Under the pieces are notes generated by a model. That model saw nothing but the letters and a program-made list of their open reading frames with translations, was not told the DNA's origin and searched no databases. A stretch of 64,000 nucleotides of DNA from Blasia pusilla (Eukaryota). Positions 53,940 to 64,000 of this stretch are shown here, in pieces. Both the position numbers and the translations under genes were made by a program. Position 1 is the first letter of the stretch. Every line of letters begins with the position of its first letter. The stretch is taken from assembly GCA_050084515.1 (NCBI GenBank), contig CM114271.1, forward strand, positions 6,510,001 to 6,574,000. Direction: 5' to 3'.

Positions 53940-55290
53940 TCAAAATAGCCGCCGAGATGGAAACTCGATCCAGAAATGATGATTATTGTCGCAATAGGCG
54001 CCACCATAATCGAAATAGCCGCCGTTGTAGATTATTCGTTTTCTGAGAGGTGATCCTACTCAGAATAGCCGGGAAAATATCCGCCGTTGAAGTGATTTTG
54101 ATTTCCTGAGATGTAAGCCTCCTCACAGTATAGCCGCCGAATTAGCTGCCGTGGTAGTTTTGTAGTTATCCTGAGAGGGTCGCCTTCCCAAAATAGCCTC
54201 CGAATTAGCCGCCGTTGTAGTATTATTGTTGTCTTGAGAGTTGAGCCTAGTCATAAGAGTGGTCGACTTAGCCGCATTTGTAATTGATTTCCTTTCTTAA
54301 GAGCTTAGCCTATTGAGAATAACCACCGAGATAGCCGCCGTTGTTGTTGTTTTGTTGTCATGAGAGGCGAGCCAACTCAGAATAGCCTCCAAATTAGCCG
54401 CCGTTGTAGTTTTTTTGTTCTCTTCAGAGGTGAGCCAACTCAGAATAGCCGCCAAATTACCCGCCGTTGTAGTTGTTTTGATCTTTTCAGAGGTGAGCTA
54501 ACTCAGATTTGTCGCCGAATTAGCCGCCGTTGTAGTTGTTTTGTTGTCTTCAGAGGTGAGCTAACTCAGAATAGTCACCGAATTAGCCACCGTTGTAGAT
54601 GTCTAACTTTCCCTAGAGGTGAGCCAACTCAGAATAGCCGCCGAATTAGCCGCCCTTGTAGTTGTTTTGGTTTCGGGAGAGATTGGGCTTCTCAGAATAA
54701 CCATCCAAATAGCCGCCGTTGTTGTCATTTTGTTTTCATGAGAGGCAAGCCAACTCAGAATAGCCACCAAATTAGCCGCCGTTGTAATTGTTCTTTTTCT
54801 CCTCAGAGGTGAGCTAACTCAGATTTGTCGCCGAATTAGCCGCCGTTGTAGTTGTTTTGTTCTCTTCAGAGGTGAGCTAACTCTGAATAGTCACTGAATT
54901 AGCCACCGTTGTAGATGTCTAACTTTCACTAGAGGTGAGCCAACTCAGAATAGCCGCCGAATTAGCCGTCATTGTAGGTGGTTTGGGTTTTGGGAGATAT
55001 TGGGCTATATCGACTAGCCTCCGAAATAGCCGCCGTTGTAGTAATTTTTTTCTCTTCAAAGGTGAGGCTACTTAGAGTATCCTCCGTTGTAGTTTTTGTA
55101 CTCGATAGATGAGCCTACTCAAAGCGGCGGTTGCCGTTGCGAGAAGAGGTGATAGTACTCGAGAATAGCCGCCTAAATAGCGACCATTGCGGTTGTTTTG
55201 TACTCGAAAAGGTCACCTACTACGAATAGCCGCCGTTGCAGTTGTCTTGTACTTCTCAGAGGTTAGCCTACTCACAGTAGCCGCCGTAGT
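53940..55290 (+). repeat. Tandem array, 63-bp unit with ~315-bp higher-order repeat
   Basis: Unit GAGGTGAGCCAACTCAGAATAGCCGCCGAATTAGCCGCCGTTGTAGTTGTTTTG..; variant GATTTGTCGCCG recurs 315 bp apart; decays toward both edges. Confidence 0.9.
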
Positions 55291-55397
55291 GGATATTTGG
55301 ATGACATAATGTAAGTCTTCATTTTTTGATTTGTATTGGCGTGGCGTAGTCATCGTATTTGTGAAAGTTAGATTCATTAACAACCCTGGGTCATCAT

Positions 55398-58391
55398 GTG
55401 CGTAAGGGAGGAGGCATGCGGCGGATACAATTGAAGCAAGTGTTCGCGGCCGATGAGTTTGAGTTTTCACTAGATTGTTGGTGCTCGCTGAATTATAGAG
55501 CAAAGCATTGCGCACGCAGCAAGAAATGGTACCGGCTTAGAATATGTAGATTTGGCGCAAAGATCAAAGGCAAAGGCCTTCCTATTTTCCATGAGGACAA
55601 ACCCTCTAGCGGTTCGACGACTTCAAGAAATGGAACGTATCCTAAGAGGGAGGATACTCTTGTGAAGAAATGTAGTTTTGTATGCCATGGTATTAACAAC
55701 ATGTCCGACACGGGAGGATTGGAGGAAAATATTCAGGAATATTCAACGGCTGCTAATCAGAGTGGAAAGAAGTCGCATGATGTTAGGGGGAGCACGGCGG
55801 TTAATGTCAACGAAGTTGCAGTTAATGTGTGTGAATCCTCGCTTGGAGATATTGGGGGACATAGTGAAGAATTTCAAGACCCACGTATCTCGAGGCTTGC
55901 ATGTGGAATGGGGATCTCGTGGAGACCTCAACATAGTAAGAGGTTGAACCAGCCAATTTTCAAGAATTCTTTCTCGGAACCAAGCGTAAGCTTAGACGTT
56001 CCCACGGAGAAAAGGAGAAAGAGTGGTGAAGCGAGAGTCCCCACCGCCAGGAATGGGGCATGTGGTCAATTTGCTAGGTACATAATCTCAGGGAAGGAGA
56101 ATGGTACATCATGTAAAGATGATGTTTGTGAGTGGAGGGTCCGTTGCCAACAACATAAAAGTACAGGCTTATGTGAGATAACGGTGTGTAATTTGGAACA
56201 CACTTGTCCGGGGCACATTCATACATGGAGGGGTCCTACTCACAAGGCAAAGTGGTTATCAATGGTATTAGCAGATAGGGTTGTAAACCAACCAAGCATC
56301 CCTGTAGGTAGCCTTGTAGAAGTCCTTGCGCAGACGTACAAGAAGCGAACAACTTACTTTCCTGCATGGAGATGCAAAGAAATATGTCGGGATTGGATGA
56401 ATGGAGGTGAACGAGCAGGTTTCCATTTGATTTCGTCTTTCATACAGGCAGTAAAGGAAGCCGACCCCTTTGCCACCGCTACTTGGGATGTTTGGAATTT
56501 CGAATCTGCCATCTTCAAGAGGCTATTTATTTGTCCATCTGCCATGAAGAACATCATTCCTTATGTGCAAAAGGTAGTTGGATTGGATGCGTGCCATACA
56601 AAGAATAGGAAGTATCCCATGCAGATTTTCATTGCGTCCATGTTGGATGGAAATGCCAATACGATCATTTTGGCATTTGGCATATCTCCTCGCGAGAACA
56701 ATGAGGAATGGGAATGGTTTTGTGCACATCTGAAGAAAGCCATCCCAGCTTTAGATGATCCCAGAATTGTTATTGTTTCAGATAGACAAAAAGGCCTTTT
56801 ACACGCCGTGCGTACAATATTCCCCCAAAATATACATAGCATGTGTGCCCAATATTTGAGACAAAATGTTCAAACACGGTATGGAAAAGTTGCCGAAGGA
56901 TTTTTCATTGCCTGCCTTTACGCCAGGACCAGGGAGAAGTAAGCAAACTATCCATTTTATTCTTGCTTACATTTTGCATGTGGGAGTCTTGCATATTCAG
57001 TGAGGTGGAATATTGCATAGGCTGCGACTCATTTGGACTACTCTCCTCTATAGGACGGTGGCTATTCACAGTAAAGATGATTGCTATTCCCTAAAGGATA
57101 GCCCTTTGTTAGGGACATTTGCTATTTCCTATAGGCTATTCACTGTTAGGATGGCTGGTAAATTGATACCTTGTTAGGAGGACGGAGGTTAATCAGGACA
57201 AATTTGATCTCTAGATTCCAATCCTTTTAGGATGGCGGCTATTTTCAGCTAAATTGGCGTCTGAATTTGAACCCTTTGTGGTCGGCGGCTAATGACAGAT
57301 TATTTTTTGATTTCGTTATTCACAGTTATGCAGCGGTTAACAACGGCTAACAACCATTGAGGAACTTGTTTTCCAGGTATGACATGTGGATTAACGAATT
57401 GGAAAGGCATCATATTCAACGAATAGCTGATACAGCCTCGTACATACGAGAGATAGGACCAGAGAAGTTTGCGAGGTGTGCATTCCCTTTGCCACGCTAT
57501 GGCAAAGTGAGTTCAAATCTTGTAGAGGTCATAAATTCCGCCATCAAACCTATCAGGGAGGGACCTCCACTTGTCATTGCTCGTGAGTTGTGGAATTACA
57601 TGATGAAAACTTACGCATCAAGAAAAGTAGAGGCATGTCACCCAGAGAAGTTCTCCAACAAACTGACTACTTATGCATTTATTCGTTATCGAGAGAATGA
57701 AGCCAAATGTCAAAGTTTTGATGTAGTAGCCTCAGATGCAACAAATGCACTTGTCACTTCCACAAGTAGTGCACACCAATTTCATGTCCGCTTGCATCCT
57801 GAGTGCAGTTGTTCATGCCTAGAGTTCCAAGATACTTGTTGGTCATGTACGCATGTAATGGCTTGGGATGTCATTACTGGAATGGACTCACAGAAACTTG
57901 TTGATCCTATCTGGACCAATGACTTCATAAGGAAGATCTACAAAAGCAGTATAACGGTTGTGAAGAGTGACGAACTTATACCATCTTGGGATTGCCGACC
58001 TCCCCTTCCTGCAGTTCGGCGTGGTAGACATCGTTATGTGCGCATTCCTGGTGGAAGAGGTGGCGAGATACGAAGAGGACAAGGAGGTGGTGGAGAGATT
58101 TCTTATCCTGTATATGAAGAGTTTGTGAATGAAGATGATGTTGGGAGTGCCCAGCCTGAGTATATCCCACAACGAGGTCCGTTAGGTATTCGTAACGGGC
58201 GTAGGGCACCAACGACAAGGGTTGCCCGCACTTTTGAAAGACGTTGTGGCCATTGTGGACTTCAAGGGCATAATCGGAAAATGTGCCAAGTGCTGAAAGC
58301 GGACCAACTTGTAGGAGATCTATATCGATGTCCCAACACGAAGACGCCCCGATGCAAGTCGGTTTGTAGCAGAGTATGGAAATCAGAGTAG
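55398..58391 (+). CDS. MuDRA/MULE transposase (two main exons, intron ~56939-57376); start codon uncertain
   Basis: CEWRVRC..EHTC, FKRLFI, GLDACH (D), IVSDRQKGL (D), CAQY (CxxH variant), SNLVEVINSAIK (E), SWIM CSC..CTH, knuckle CGHCGLQGHNRKMC. Donor AA|GTAAGC and acceptor CCAG|G join the two ORFs in frame. Confidence 0.9.
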
Positions 58392-59059
58392 GCTTTACTC
58401 AGGAGTGGAAAGTTTATATTCCCAAGAGACTAGAGCAGATACTACTGAAGAACTTAATGTAAAGGGTAGTGTTGTATCAGGGGGAAATTTGGTGCAGTCT
58501 ACCATGGAGAATGTTTCCACTCCTATGGATCTTGGTAATAGCGCTTCTAATCGCATACCAAATAGTCTAGTATTTCCGAGTGTTTCTCTTGTTTATGGGA
58601 AGTCTGAATCGATGAAGAGTCGATGGTCGTGAGGAGCAAAAAATCTTGGCATATCCTTGGTAGAACTTGATACTGATTCCCAGTGGAATCCAGAGGAAGA
58701 AGCATTTCATATTAGCTTGGCAGAAGAAGCTGCGAAAGATTTTCAGATTGTAGAAAGAAATCTATAAACTCAGATGGAATTGTCATATGTAGCCCATTTT
58801 TTTCTTGGTGTGAAAAATTATGATATTTGTTCATGTTGGAATGCAAAATATGTTCTCAGTGACGTAATAAAGTTCACAAACCATAATGGACCAAACCCTT
58901 CCCGGTTCAAGAAGAAACAGGCTTGGAGTGACGCCTATTCTCCATGACTGCTAATCACACGCCGAGAACTAAATCACCAAACGTTATACCTCGCTCTTTC
59001 TGAGGCTTTTGTTTGTTTAACTCCCTTCCCTCCCTCTCCTACCTTCTCCACTCAAGCCC

Positions 59060-59700
59060 GACGGCTATTGTCGGGACGGCTGCTATTTCCGGGCTGGCGG
59101 CTACTCTCGGGACGGCGGCTATTGTCGGGCCGGCAGCTATGTTCTAGGCGGCTGGCTCTTCTCTGGACGGCTGCTAATCACAGTCCGACGGCTAATCTCT
59201 GGACGGCGGCTAATCACAGGCCGGCGGATATTGTTGGCACGACGGCTACTTTCTAGGCGGCTGCTATACACAGGCCGGCGGCTATGTTGTAGGCGGCTGG
59301 CTCTTCTCGACGGCATTTGCTAATCTAATCCGGAGGCTAATCGACGGGCGGATATTGCTTTGGGACGGCGGCTAATCTCGGACGGGCGGCTAATCACAGG
59401 CGGATATTATTTGGCACGGGCGGCTACTTTCTAGGCGGCTGCTATACACAGGCCGGCGGCTATGTTCTAGGCGGCTGGCTCTTCTCTGGACGGCGGATAT
59501 TGCTGGGACGGCGGCTATTTTCTAGGCGGCTGCTATACACAGGCCGGCGACTATGTTCTAGGCGGCTGGCTCTTCTCTGGACGGCGGCTATTCACAGGCC
59601 CGACGGCTATTGTCTGGACGGCTGCTAATCACAGTCCGGCGGCTATTCTCTGGACGGCGGCTAAGGGAGTTAGGCGGGCCTCAGGACGGCTGCTAATCAC
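59060..59700 (+). repeat. Tandem array of GGCGGCTA-containing ~20-bp units
   Basis: Recurrent GGACGGCGGCTA / TTCTAGGCGGCTG / CACAGGCCGGCGGCTA. Confidence 0.9.
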
Positions 59701-59749
59701 ATCCTCCCTCTCCTTCCATTTTATTTTCTTCTACACCCTCCCTCTCCTT

Positions 59750-60097
59750 TGTCATGAACATACGGATTATGTCGTAGAGTATAGTGTGCTAGTAGAGGCC
59801 ATTCCTTATGTAGGACCGTAGTGGCTTGGTAGAGATGCGGTTTTATACATAGGGTTGGGGGTTACTCAGGTGGGGGTGACTTTCCTAGTAGGGCCCGCTC
59901 TTTGAGTTGAGCCTTGGCTATGGTGTTTCCCGCAAGCTTTGACCTAGATTCTCCCATCGTGGAGTGGGTTTGGCGCGATTGTATGTGATTCTATACGTGT
60001 TTGTGGTGTTTGTGGATACTCTCATCTATGTTATGTAGGTATGTGAGTATGGTATGTCAGCCATGTATGTTGTATGACGATGTGGATTCGCACGACA
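59750..60097 (+). mobile_element. Solo A+B terminal repeat of the DNMT-Gypsy family, with internal deletions
   Basis: Starts TGTCATGAACATACGGATTATGTCG and ends GATTCGCACGACA; colinear with 37509-37982; flanks CCTT / CCTC (4-bp TSD, one mismatch). Confidence 0.9.
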
Positions 60098-61045
60098 CCT
60101 CCCTTCATGTTTCCTCCTTTCCCTCCTTTATTTTTCCCTCCCCTTCATTAATTTTTCCCTCCCCTTCCTTATTTTTCCTCCCTCTTCTTCAATTTTTTTC
60201 CTCTCCTCCCTTCATGTTTCATGCATTCCCTGCTTTATTTTTCCCTCTCCTTCCTTATTTTTCTTCCCTCTTCTTCAATTTTCTTCCTCTCCTCCCTTCA
60301 TGTTTTCTCCATTCCCTCCTTTATTTTTCCCTCCCCTTCCTTTTTTTTGCTCCCTCTTCTTCAACTTTTTTCCTCTCCTCCATTCCTTCACTTTTCTTAA
60401 CCCCTTCATGTTTTCTCCATTCCCTCCTTTATTTTTCCCTCCCCTTCCTTTTTCTTGCTCCCTCTTCTTCAACTTTTTTCTTCTCCTCCATTCCTTCACT
60501 TTTCTTAACCCCTTCATGTTTTCTCCATTCCCTCCTTTATTTTTCCCTCCCCTTCCTTGTTTTTCCTCCGTCTTCAATATCTTTTTTCCTCTCCTCCCTT
60601 CATTTCTCTTCCATTCCTAGTTTTTCCTCCCTCTTCTTCAACTTTTTCCCTCTCTCTTCAGTATCTTTTTTCCTCTCCTCCCTTCATTTCTCTTCCATTC
60701 CCTCCCCTTCATTTATTTTTCCCTCCCCTTCCTTATTTTTTCTCCCTCTTCTTCAATTTTCTTCCTCTCCTCCCTTCATGTTTCCTGCATTCCCTGCTTT
60801 ATTTTTCCCTCCCCTTCCTTTTTTTTGCTCCCTCTTCTTCAACTTTTTTCCTCTCCTCCCTTCATTTCTCTTCCATTCCTAGTATTTCCTCCCTCTTCTT
60901 AACCCCTTCATGTATTCTCCCCCCCCCGTCTCCTTCATTTCTTTCCCTCTCCTTCCTCAATTTTCTCCTCCCTCCCCACCCTAGTTTTTCCACCCTCTTC
61001 TCCCTTTTTTTTCCTCTCTTTTCAGATAGCTTCATCCCCTTCCTC
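60098..61045. repeat. Polypyrimidine (CT-rich) minisatellite, also 59701-59749
   Basis: Almost purely C/T on the plus strand, with recurring CCCTTCATGTTTTCTCCATTCCCTCCTTTATTTTTCCC units (~110-bp period). Confidence 0.9.
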
Positions 61046-61724
61046 TCAAAATATAGCCGCTGGTACAGAAGTGCGGCTAAGGGAGTTAGGCCGGCCTGCG
61101 GCTACGGTCTTGTGAGAAGGAGTCAAGCCGCTGCGGCTATTCTCAGACGGATGTAAGGAGTGAAGCACACTGCGGCTATAGTGCGTACTAGGGGACAGGC
61201 TAGCGTCTAGGTATGTAAATCGACCTTGGATATTGAATAGAAACCTAGAATGCATGCGCGCGAGTGGTGGACGGGCAAGCAGGGCTAGGACGTGAGGCCA
61301 ATTTTCAGATTCAACGTTGAGATTTCAATTATTAGGTCAATTTTCAGATTTCACATTTCAGATTTGAGGGTGATGAAGGTCGAATGTGCTCTTGGGCCGC
61401 TTGCGATTGCAGAGCGGAAGCGGCTACTGTGCGGATTGGGGATGAGCTTTTCGGCTGATTGCGAATGTAGAGGGACGGCTATCCTCTTGGGCGGATTGCG
61501 ATTGTGGAGCTTTGGCGGCTAATGTGTGGATTTCGGACACTAGGGTCTCAAGTGCAGCCCGCGGCAGGTTTGAGGTCAAATTTATGCCATTTGAAGTGAA
61601 ATGCCGAGCTTGGGGTTTCAGTGATTTCTCCTTTAGGTCAATTTGAAGCAATATGGTGTGGCAGATTTACCTTGGTTTTGCGGGTTTGGACGCAGGCGGG
61701 TAGATGCCTTGTTAGTAATACGCA

Positions 61725-62520
61725 AGATGGTAGAAATTAGCCGTAGCCGGCGGCTAATTTCAAGATGGAGGTACGAGCCGCTTCCGGCGGCTCATTTCAA
61801 GGCGGGTAGATGCCTTGTTAGTAACACGCAAGCTTCTTGAAATTAGCCGCAGCCGGCGGCTAATATCGAGATAGAAGAAATAGATACCTTGGTAGTAGTT
61901 TCAATATGGCAGAAATTAGCCGCAGCCGGCGCCTACTTGCAAGATGCTAGAAAACAACCGCAGAACCGCGGCTAATATCAAGATGGTAGAAATTAGCCTC
62001 AGCCCGTGGCTAATTTCAAGATGCTAAAAATCAGCCCCAGACGGCGGCTAATTTCAAGATGGAGGTATGACCAGCTGCCGACGGCTAATTTCAATATGGC
62101 AGAAATTAGCCGCAGCCGGCGCCTACTTGCAAGATGTTAGAAAACAGCCGCACAACCGCGGATAATTTTGAGATGGTAGAAATTAGCCCCAGACGGCGGC
62201 TAATTTCAAGGTGGAGGTATGACCAGCTGCCGGCGGCTAATTTCAATATGGCAGAAATTAGCCGCAACCGGCGCCTAATTGCAAGATGCTAGGAAACAGC
62301 CGCAGAACCGCGGCTAATTTCGAGATGGTAGAAATTAGCCCCATACGGCGGCTAATTTCAAGGTGGAGGTATGACCAGATGCCGGCGGCTAATTTCAATA
62401 TGGCAGAAATTAGCCGCAGCCGGCGCCTAATTGCAAGATGCTAGGAAACAGCCGCAGAACTGCGGCTAATTTCGAGATGGTAGAAATTAGCCGCAACCGG
62501 CGGCTAATTTCAAGATGGTA
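61725..62520. repeat. Tandem array of palindromic 38-bp units with 152-bp higher-order repeat; one more unit at ~63940-63985
   Basis: AATTAGCCGC-agccg-GCGGCTAATT-TCAAGATGG; variant GGAGGTATGACCAG at 62061, 62213 and 62365. Confidence 0.9.
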
Positions 62521-64000
62521 GACTTCTCCTCCCTTCGGGAGTTTTCATGGCGCTTGCAGTTAATTGATACAGCGGTTCATGGTGAGATTATCCTAGATGC
62601 GAGGCCTACGGGGACGTCAACTCTTCAATTTTGTGGCGATGAATGAGATCTCCTGCGAGTGGTTTTGTGGCTCTTGGCTTATATTTCGGAGATTGATTCG
62701 CAGGAAAAATGTCTCCAAATATTCTGGACAGATGACTCAAAAGCGGTTCAGGCTGTTGCGCTTTCACCGATACTTTCCGTGCTGGTTCCTAACGTCACGA
62801 GGAAATACTCTTCTGCCGTGGAGAATGCTGCACTAACAGGTCTTTTCCGCTCACTACTATCTCTCAAGCGGAACGGTGAGGCTGGGAAGGATAGGCAGTT
62901 GAGAGAAGGCAGGGCATCTTGTTTGTAATGTACTTGCATCACTCACTACATATGATTGATATGAATAAGACCAACGAATGAAGAAATTTTCTGCACGGTT
63001 TAAATCCATTCTCGTTAACTTTGGTGTGGACTCTGGAGCGTCACGCTTCCTGGACCAGCTTAAATATACCTCTGAACATTTGGTTAGAATGCATTCAGAA
63101 TTTGGAGATACGCTTCACGGCTAGAGTTCTGCTACTTCAATGCTACATTGACCTCTGCAAAGGCTTCATTTGGGTAACTTCACTGCTTTTGCTTACCTAG
63201 CCAATGCCACTTGTCCTGAGCCTCCAGGAGATGCAATGTTTTCTTGGATTGCTCACAATCACCAGAAGTTATGACCATCACTTAAGTATTTCTTCTGTGT
63301 TTGGATGCAAAAATCTGAATTTACACTTAATTTCATTATCAGTGGTTTATGTAAATACACAAATAGATTTTTGGCATGGTCCAAGCTCTTGTAATGATTT
63401 TTCATCCAACTTTCCAACCACTTCTTAGAAAGCAAGAACTTATTCTGTACTGACATTATGTGTATGCAGATGCTTGCAACATTTAGTGCTGATCACAAAA
63501 TTGTGTATCATGAAACAATTTTCAATTTTGAGCTGGAGGTATGAGAGCTTTGCCTCTTCTTCCTTGTATTTTATACATACAAGAGAAAACTGGTAATTTC
63601 CTTTGTTACTGTTTCTAACTGGGCAGGTGGACAGTGTCTCCTTATGAACTGGGATGCCTGCTCAGTCATGTCAGATGGGGACTCCAGAAGTGCCTCACAT
63701 ATCCTCTTGTGTGGGACTTCTATCTTTTTTCTCCTGCAGAGATTCACTCAAAGATTTGAGGCTTCCAAAACATCACAGATAGTTGATTCCTCAGCAATTG
63801 AAATTGGACTATCGACCATAGGACCTGAGCTTCCCTCCGGTAAAGCCTCAAGTACAGAGTCCTTGGGTAATTTGATTGGGCAGAATTTGTTTTTTCATCT
63901 GCTCTTCTGATCTCTGGTACTGGCTAATATCAAGAGGGTAGTAATTAGCCGCAGCCGGCGGCTAATTTCAAGATGGAGGTATGATGGCTTTGACAGTACT

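Larger units (their letters stand above)
53362..64000 (+). mobile_element. Mutator-like element (MULE); right end probably beyond the window
   Basis: MURA-like transposase 55398-58391, a shared TAGCCGCC-motif array family from 53940 to 63990, and a candidate left terminus with triplicated TTGCTTRAGTGGCCCCC. TIR partner and TSD are not visible. Confidence 0.65.

Noticed and set aside
54360-54812. 150-aa ORF with 21-aa repeats
   Set aside because: Translation of the 63-bp tandem unit; neighbouring units contain stops.
53940-55290. CRISPR-like appearance of regular repeats (also the palindromic units at 61725-62520)
   Set aside because: The intervening sequences are homologous to each other rather than unique spacers, higher-order periodicity is present, there are no cas genes, and the context is a eukaryotic transposon.
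60001-61156. Long F/S/L/P-rich ORFs (293 aa, 199 aa) and K/G/E-rich antisense ORFs
   Set aside because: Artefacts of a stop-poor CT minisatellite; the first ORF begins inside the solo repeat.

Overview
Eukaryotic nuclear DNA from a plant; a non-seed land plant is my inference. Three intron-rich host genes are present: an Integrator subunit 6 (INTS6) homolog (minus, 5053-12483), an At3g58530-like F-box/LRR gene (plus, ~41214-45598) and a PAP27/NPP-type purple acid phosphatase (minus, 46645-51665). They are interleaved with transposons: the 5' half of a decayed Ty3/Gypsy element (1-3721), a decayed Helitron carrying two solo LTRs in opposite orientation, two PIF/Harbinger-type MITEs, and a Mutator-like element with large TAGCCGCC-motif tandem arrays that runs off the right edge. 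The standout is a 9.77-kb Ty3/Gypsy-type retroelement (28216-37982, 4-bp TSD TCAC) with three unusual properties. (i) A DNMT3-like cytosine-5 methyltransferase domain lies between protease and RT. (ii) The DDE integrase ends in a PHD finger. (iii) It lacks a conventional LTR pair and instead has split direct repeats A1-[ORFs]-B1-gc-A2-B2, with a near-palindromic internal end-to-end junction (CACGACA-GC-TGTCATG) and no PBS after A1. That layout is known from tyrosine-recombinase PAT/Ngaro elements. A solo A+B remnant of the same family lies at 59750-60097. All family calls come from motif recognition by eye; no database searches were run, and internal exon coordinates are approximate.
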